A stretch of DNA of 11,111 nt from contig JANMQV010000072.1 in NCBI GenBank assembly GCA_031370645.1, forward strand, positions 1 through 11,111, in the 5' to 3' direction. Under the pieces are notes generated by a model, which worked only from the letters and a program-made list of their open reading frames with translations, searched no databases and was not told the origin of the DNA. This stretch comes from Candidatus Eiseniibacteriota bacterium (GTDB lineage: Bacteria; Eisenbacteria; RBG-16-71-46; SZUA-252). A program made the translations under genes and the position numbers. Below, in pieces: positions 6,365 through 11,111 of this stretch (the first letter of the stretch is position 1; every line of letters starts with the position of its first letter).

Positions 6365-7719
6365 CCACACCCGCTCTCAAGCGGCAGATTGGGCTCTACG
6401 CGGCGACCGCGATCACGGTCGGGAGCATCATCGGCTCCGGAATCTTCCGCTCGCCCCATTCGGTCGCGCAGGAACTGACGACCGCGCCGCTCATGCTCTT
6501 CGCCTGGATTCTCGGCGGGGTGCTTTCGCTCTGCGGTTCGCTCGTTCTCGCGGAACTCGCGGTCAAACATCCGGAGACAGGCGGACTCTACGTCTTCATT
6601 CGCCGCGCCTTCGGCGACCGGCTGGGATTCGTCTTCGGCTGGGCCAGCCTCAGCGTCATCAAGCCGACGGTCATCGCCGCGATCGCGAGCGTGTTCGCCA
6701 TCTACTTCTGCGAGGCGATGGGGCTTCCGCACTCCTACCAATTCGTGGCGGGCGCCGGGGCGATTCTCTTTCTTACGACGATCAACTGGCTCGGCGTGAA
6801 AGAGGGGACGACCACTCAGACGATTCTCACCACGCTCAAGGTGGTCGGAATCCTCGGCCTCTGCGGCGCGGCATTCCTGCTCCCGCACGCGGGGCCCGCG
6901 GCGGGCGCGGCGGCGACGGCTGGACGTGCGGCGCCCCATCCGCTCTTCCTCGCAATCGTTCTCGCCATGATTCCGATCCTCTTCGCCTACGACGGATGGA
7001 CCGATTCCACTTACGTGGCGGGGGAAATCGTGAATCCGCGGCGAAACATGCCGATCGCGATTCTCCTCGGCACGGTCATCGTCGTGGGGGTCTACGTACT
7101 CACGAATCTCGCCTACTTCGCCGTCCTTTCGCCTGCCGAAGTCGCGAGCGTGGAAGCGGTCGGAAGCGAGACCATCCGCCGCATCCTCGGCGAGTGGGGC
7201 GGGCGCGCGCTCGCGGTGTTGGTTTCGGTCTCGACGTTCGGCACCGTGAGCGCGTCGATCCTCACTGGACCTCGCGTGACGCTCGCCATGGCCTCGGACG
7301 GACTCTTCTGGCGCCGCGCCGCGCACTTGAACGCGAAGCGCGGTACGCCCGACCTGGCGCTCTGGCTCCAGGCGGCGCTCTCGATTCTTTGGCTTTGGTG
7401 CGCGCAGGGATTCGAGGACGTTTCGGGCTGGTTCGTGACGACATCCTGGCTCTTCTACGGGCTGACGATCGCGGCGATTTTCGTGGAGCGCGGCCGGGAA
7501 AAGCGGGCGGCAGCAGCCGCGAATGGCTCGAAGACCGGCGGCGATGAAGGCGGCTCCTATCGCGCGCCCCTCTATCCGATCACGCCGATCCTCTTCATCC
7601 TCGCAACGCTGCTTCTGATCGTGAGCGATCTGTCCGCCTCAGGATGGCGCGCCGCCGCCGGCATTCTGATCGCCGCGAGCGGGTTCCTGCTCTACGAAAT
7701 CACGCGGCGACGCCGCTAG
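6361..7719 (+). CDS. APC-superfamily amino acid permease (LAT/SteT/FrlA-like)
   Basis: LKRQIGL...VGSIIGSGIF (TM1 GSG motif), AELAVKHPETGGLYVFI, FAYDGW...AGEIVNPRRNMP, and many hydrophobic segments. Start placed at TTG 6361, overlapping the upstream TGA; the extension back to 6256 is Arg-rich overlap with the phosphatase gene. Confidence 0.92.
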   Translation: MTTPALKRQIGLYAATAITVGSIIGSGIFRSPHSVAQELTTAPLMLFAWILGGVLSLCGSLVLAELAVKHPETGGLYVFIRRAFGDRLGFVFGWASLSVIKPTVIAAIASVFAIYFCEAMGLPHSYQFVAGAGAILFLTTINWLGVKEGTTTQTILTTLKVVGILGLCGAAFLLPHAGPAAGAAATAGRAAPHPLFLAIVLAMIPILFAYDGWTDSTYVAGEIVNPRRNMPIAILLGTVIVVGVYVLTNLAYFAVLSPAEVASVEAVGSETIRRILGEWGGRALAVLVSVSTFGTVSASILTGPRVTLAMASDGLFWRRAAHLNAKRGTPDLALWLQAALSILWLWCAQGFEDVSGWFVTTSWLFYGLTIAAIFVERGREKRAAAAANGSKTGGDEGGSYRAPLYPITPILFILATLLLIVSDLSASGWRAAAGILIAASGFLLYEITRRRR

Positions 7720-8939
7720 AGGTCCCGCAGTCGTTTCGACGCGAACCCGGCGACTCCGACCAGACCCGCCATCGTTCCGATCACCCCGAACAGAGTCGGC
7801 GCGTCGATCGCCTCGAGCGCCAGACCCGCCAGCCCCGACGAGACCGCCGTCATTCCCACCACGACCACGTTCTGCAGCGCGAAGACGCGTCCCAGCCTTT
7901 CTTTGGGAACGATTCGCTGGAGAATGGTCGAACGCGGCACGGTGATGAGGGGGATGACCATGGAATGGAGAAAGGAAACGCCGAGGAGATAGGGAAAGGA
8001 GCGGCACCAAAGAAGCGGAATGTACGTGAATCCGTCTAGGGCGATCCCGGCGAGAAGCAATCGGCCGTACGACACCCGCTTCGCATAGCGGCCGAGAAGG
8101 ACCGTTCCGAGCCCCCAGCCGAGGCCGTACGTCGCCTCGACGAGTGCGTACATCGCGGCGTTTCCATGGAGCGTCTCTCGCACCAACACGGCGTTTCCGA
8201 CCAGCGCCGGGCCCATGATGAAGAGGTTGTCGAGCGCGGTGAACGCGAGGAGGAGAAGGAGCGTCTTGTCCCGGCCGATCGCGGCGAGTCCCTCGCGAAA
8301 ATCGGCGAGCGGCCCCGGGCCGGCGGCATCGTGGGGAGCATGCCCCACGTTGCCCATCGCCATGATGATGGCGAGCGACCCGCCATAGAGACAGACGGCC
8401 ACCGGGAAGGCGGCCCCCACGCCCCCCTGCTGGATCACGAAACTCGCGGCAAGCGGCCCGGCGAAGATGGCGGCCTGCTGCGACGTTTGAATCCAGGCAT
8501 TCGCCGTCACGAGCCGCTCGCCTCGGACCAGATCGGGAAGGAGCGAGTCGCGCGCCGGATTGAAAAGCACGGCGGCCGTGGCGCAGAGAAACGCGATGGC
8601 GGTCAGCGCCGGCGCGGTGAGAGCGCCGACCGCGTAGAGAACCCCGCCCGACGCCAAGAGAATCGCCCTCGCGGCGTCGGCATACGCCATCACGCGTCGC
8701 CGATTCCACCGATCGACCAGAAATCCCGCGATCACGCCGAAGATCAGCGCGGGGAGATAGGAGATGAGGGCGGCGAGCCCGGTGGCCGATTTCGACCCGG
8801 TGAGATCGAGGAGAAGCCAGATCAGGACGATCATGAAAATGGAATCGCCGAACTGTGACAGGAACTGCGCCACCCCCAGAAGCGCGAGCGGGGAAGGCCC
8901 CTTTCGGGCCTCCCCCGTCGCTACTTCCGATTCCGTCAC
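7716..8939 (-). CDS. MFS transporter (DHA3/MefA-like efflux type)
   Basis: 407 aa with about 12 hydrophobic segments. SQFGDSIF start motif, motif A GFLVDRWNRRRVM, FNPARDSLLPDLV...LVTANA, LQRIVPKERLGRVFAL. Confidence 0.92.
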   Translation of the reverse strand: MTESEVATGEARKGPSPLALLGVAQFLSQFGDSIFMIVLIWLLLDLTGSKSATGLAALISYLPALIFGVIAGFLVDRWNRRRVMAYADAARAILLASGGVLYAVGALTAPALTAIAFLCATAAVLFNPARDSLLPDLVRGERLVTANAWIQTSQQAAIFAGPLAASFVIQQGGVGAAFPVAVCLYGGSLAIIMAMGNVGHAPHDAAGPGPLADFREGLAAIGRDKTLLLLLAFTALDNLFIMGPALVGNAVLVRETLHGNAAMYALVEATYGLGWGLGTVLLGRYAKRVSYGRLLLAGIALDGFTYIPLLWCRSFPYLLGVSFLHSMVIPLITVPRSTILQRIVPKERLGRVFALQNVVVVGMTAVSSGLAGLALEAIDAPTLFGVIGTMAGLVGVAGFASKRLRDL

Positions 8940-8961
8940 GATCGCCCGTCGATCGAGGTGA

Positions 8962-9480
8962 CTAGGCGGGCTGGTGCTGGCGCGGCTGGTATTCCTTCGC
9001 GGAGTTCTCGAAGTCCCACATGAACGGCGGCTCCACGCCGAACGCCCGCAGATACGCGAAGAGTTGGCCGCGGTGGTGGAGATGCTCGTCGAAGATGATC
9101 TGGATGCAGGCGAGCGCCGGGAAATCGGTCGTCCACGGGTTCTTCACCATGCCGGCCGACTGCGCGTCGGTCATGCCGCGGACGGCGGCGTCGGCGAACT
9201 TCCAGCTCTCCTCATTCCACTTCATGAAGTCTTCGTACGGCTTCGCGACGGCTTCCTTCTCCATCGCGCTGTAGTCTTCAATGTGGCCCTTCACGGTGCC
9301 CGACGCGACGGCGCGGAGCGTGCAGGTCATGTGCGCGATCAATTCCTTCGGCGTCCGCATCCCGGGGATCGGATGGCTGTCCATCTTCTCCTTCGGAATT
9401 GCCTGGTAGACGCGAAGCGAGATGCCATAAACAAGGCGCATCTGCTCCCAGAGAGTCTGAATGTACGGATTGTTGCTCAC
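8962..9480 (-). CDS. DinB/YfiT-family protein
   Basis: AAAGGAG SD before GTG. Motifs P-x-PGMRTPKELIAHM and EHLHHRGQLFAYLRAFGVEPP. Confidence 0.9.
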   Translation of the reverse strand: MSNNPYIQTLWEQMRLVYGISLRVYQAIPKEKMDSHPIPGMRTPKELIAHMTCTLRAVASGTVKGHIEDYSAMEKEAVAKPYEDFMKWNEESWKFADAAVRGMTDAQSAGMVKNPWTTDFPALACIQIIFDEHLHHRGQLFAYLRAFGVEPPFMWDFENSAKEYQPRQHQPA

Positions 9481-9525
9481 GGAAGTACTCCTTTCAGCGA
9501 GTTCGGAGCCGATCGGCTCCGCCGG

Positions 9526-10293
9526 CTAGTCCTTCGACGCGATGTCGAACGTAATCATGAAGCCGTTGGTTCCCTTGAATTCGAACGCCTTGTCGGTCAG
9601 GTGGTACGCCTCGATTTCGTTCGGCATCAGGACGAATCCGTCGTTATGCTTCGCGCCCCAGTACTTGAGATTGTTGATGACCACCGGATCGTTGGTATTG
9701 CCGGCCCAGCGGTTCAGCACGACTTCGCCGTCCTTTCCGCCGTTCAGCTTGGCCACGGCGCGATCCTTCGTGGCCGTCCACTCGATCGGAGCGTCTGCGC
9801 CCACCGTGAACGACTTCCACTTCACGGGATAGAGCTTCCCGAGGGCCGCCACGATTCCGGCCCGCTGCTCCTTGGTGACCGCGGGATCGAAGTGGAGGAC
9901 CGCCCAGTCCATCTCGCCGTCCGAGAACTCGGCACCCAGGTCCATCCCGATCCAGAACTTGGCGCCGTCGAGTTTCGTCTCGCCGTAGCTCCCCTTGTTG
10001 ACGTGGAACACGTTATTCGCGCGGCAGTAGTGCTCGGCCGCCATCCCGGCGTGACCGGCGTGGGCGTCGGCGTGGGCCGCGGGTTTCGTGCTGAAGTAGC
10101 ACTGGCAAAACATGGGGCAGGAGCAGGCCTCGATGATGGTCGCGTTGAGCGACCACTCGGCGGCGCTAGCGGCTGTCTCGGCCGCGGCGGCCCGCTTCGG
10201 TCCGGCTCCGAGCGCGACGACGGATGCGACGGCCAACGCCAGAACCGGGAAGAGCGTGAGGTGGGAAGAATAGTGGCGCGAAACCTTCTTCAT
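9526..10293 (-). CDS. DUF1326-family Cys-rich protein with predicted signal peptide
   Basis: AGGGGG SD before ATG. Motifs W-x-L-x-ATIIEACSCPMFCQCYF...C, HVNKGSYGETKLDG and DPAVTKEQRAGI match DUF1326. The N-terminus is basic then hydrophobic with an Ala-rich cleavage region. Confidence 0.8.
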   Translation of the reverse strand: MKKVSRHYSSHLTLFPVLALAVASVVALGAGPKRAAAAETAASAAEWSLNATIIEACSCPMFCQCYFSTKPAAHADAHAGHAGMAAEHYCRANNVFHVNKGSYGETKLDGAKFWIGMDLGAEFSDGEMDWAVLHFDPAVTKEQRAGIVAALGKLYPVKWKSFTVGADAPIEWTATKDRAVAKLNGGKDGEVVLNRWAGNTNDPVVINNLKYWGAKHNDGFVLMPNEIEAYHLTDKAFEFKGTNGFMITFDIASKD

Positions 10294-10401
10294 CTTCGAG
10301 TCCCCCTAGCAAATCCGATCGCCGCACACGGGGCCGGACGGTTCCGTGCGTCGACCGGGCAGTTCCCGGCTAGACTACACCCAGCGGTGGGTGCGGGCGC
10401 G

Positions 10402-10437
10402 GTCGAAATCGGGGGTCGAAGAGGAGTGTCGAAGAGG
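10402..10437. repeat. Three GTCGAA direct repeats at an exact 13-bp period
   Basis: GTCGAA at 10402, 10415 and 10428. The last two extend to identical 10-mers GTCGAAGAGG. Confidence 0.6.
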
Positions 10438-10442
10438 CGGGA

Positions 10443-11111
10443 TTAGGGGGTCAGGAGGGCCCGGAGCGGGGCCGCCGACGTCGCCTTGACCAGGCGCTCC
10501 ACTTCGCCACGTGGGCCCTGAAATTCCACGACAATGGTCCGAACTTCGGATGCCTTTTTCGCGGGGTGCGAGTCCCAGGGGGTCGTGTCAGGACGCCTTC
10601 CCTGAGCCACCTCGATCAGGTAGGGCTCGAGATCGGCCGCACCGACGTGGAGTCGGAGGACCGTGAGCGCGTCCTGCTCCTCTTCGGGCGAGAGCGGGAG
10701 CGCTACCCGGCCCGACGTGGCGCCCGCGAGCACGACACGCATCCCGGGAAGGCCGTCGTGCGTGAAGGTTTCGAGCGTGCCCCCCTCCGACCCGAGCGGC
10801 TCCGGAAGCGATCGCTCCTGATTCACGTAGACGCGGATCTCGAGACCGACGACCTCGGCGTCTTCGCCCGTGCCGATGCGGCGTTCGTACACCCGGATCT
10901 GGCGCGCCTCCGCGGCGGTCCTCGTCGCCACCGCCCGCGTGCTCGTGCCCGCCGCGATCGTGCTAGTCCTGCTCGTGCGGTCCTCGCGAAACTTCTTCGA
11001 GGGTACGGGGAGCGCGCGGAAGGCTTTCGCGAGCGTTTGCTCCAGCGCCTTTCGGTCGGGTGCGGGAATGGCCGCCTTCGAGCCGGCACTGGCGGGGTGC
11101 GTCGTGGGGAG
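10443..11111 (-). CDS. Hypothetical protein (5' partial, at least 222 aa)
   Basis: The frame of the 10443-10931 ORF stays open to the window edge (LPTTHPASAGSKAAIPAPDRKALEQTLAKAFRALPVPSKKFREDRTSRTSTIAAGTSTRAVATRT...). Protein-like composition. No family recognised. Confidence 0.7.
   Translation of the reverse strand, partial: LPTTHPASAGSKAAIPAPDRKALEQTLAKAFRALPVPSKKFREDRTSRTSTIAAGTSTRAVATRTAAEARQIRVYERRIGTGEDAEVVGLEIRVYVNQERSLPEPLGSEGGTLETFTHDGLPGMRVVLAGATSGRVALPLSPEEEQDALTVLRLHVGAADLEPYLIEVAQGRRPDTTPWDSHPAKKASEVRTIVVEFQGPRGEVERLVKATSAAPLRALLTP

Noticed and set aside
6279..8858. Long alternative-frame ORFs over the two transporters (6279-7547, 6301-7326, 7639-8709, 8166-8858)
   Set aside because: Typical off-frame or antisense ORFs caused by GC3 bias. 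The transporter frames carry the family motifs.
10402..10437. Possible mini-CRISPR or iteron array
   Set aside because: Repeats are only 6-10 bp with a 13-bp period. No spacers of CRISPR length and no cas or rep genes.
8974..10446. 490-aa plus-strand ORF
   Set aside because: Antisense shadow of the DinB and DUF1326 genes in high-GC DNA. Arg/Gly/Val-rich with no motifs.
4110..11111. Genomic island or prophage integrated at the ssrA 3' end
   Set aside because: ssrA is a common integration site, but no integrase is adjacent, I found no duplicated ssrA 3' fragment in the window, and the terminator hairpin follows directly.

Overview
High-GC bacterial chromosomal window centred on a complete tmRNA gene (ssrA, 3796-4147; encoded tag ANSELALAA). 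Left of it are the 3' part of an HNH endonuclease ending in a RuvA-C-terminal-like domain, a small two-TM protein ORF, a secreted His-rich TPR-like protein and a stand-alone 5'-3' exo/flap endonuclease. Right of it are a YjdI-type Fe-S protein, then a secreted purple-acid-phosphatase-type metallophosphoesterase with a FlgD-Ig/T9SS-like tail that overlaps an APC amino-acid permease. A convergent run follows: hypothetical protein (partial), secreted DUF1326 protein, DinB protein, MFS transporter. I see no integrase, att duplication, CRISPR array or IS. The FlgD-Ig tail and high GC suggest a non-Bacteroidetes FCB-related lineage such as Eisenbacteria or Latescibacterota (inference only). All family calls come from motif recognition by eye, not database searches. 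No novel system can be proven from the sequence alone. The best leads are the HNH-RuvA_C fusion, the DUF1326-DinB-MFS module and the phosphatase-permease coupling.
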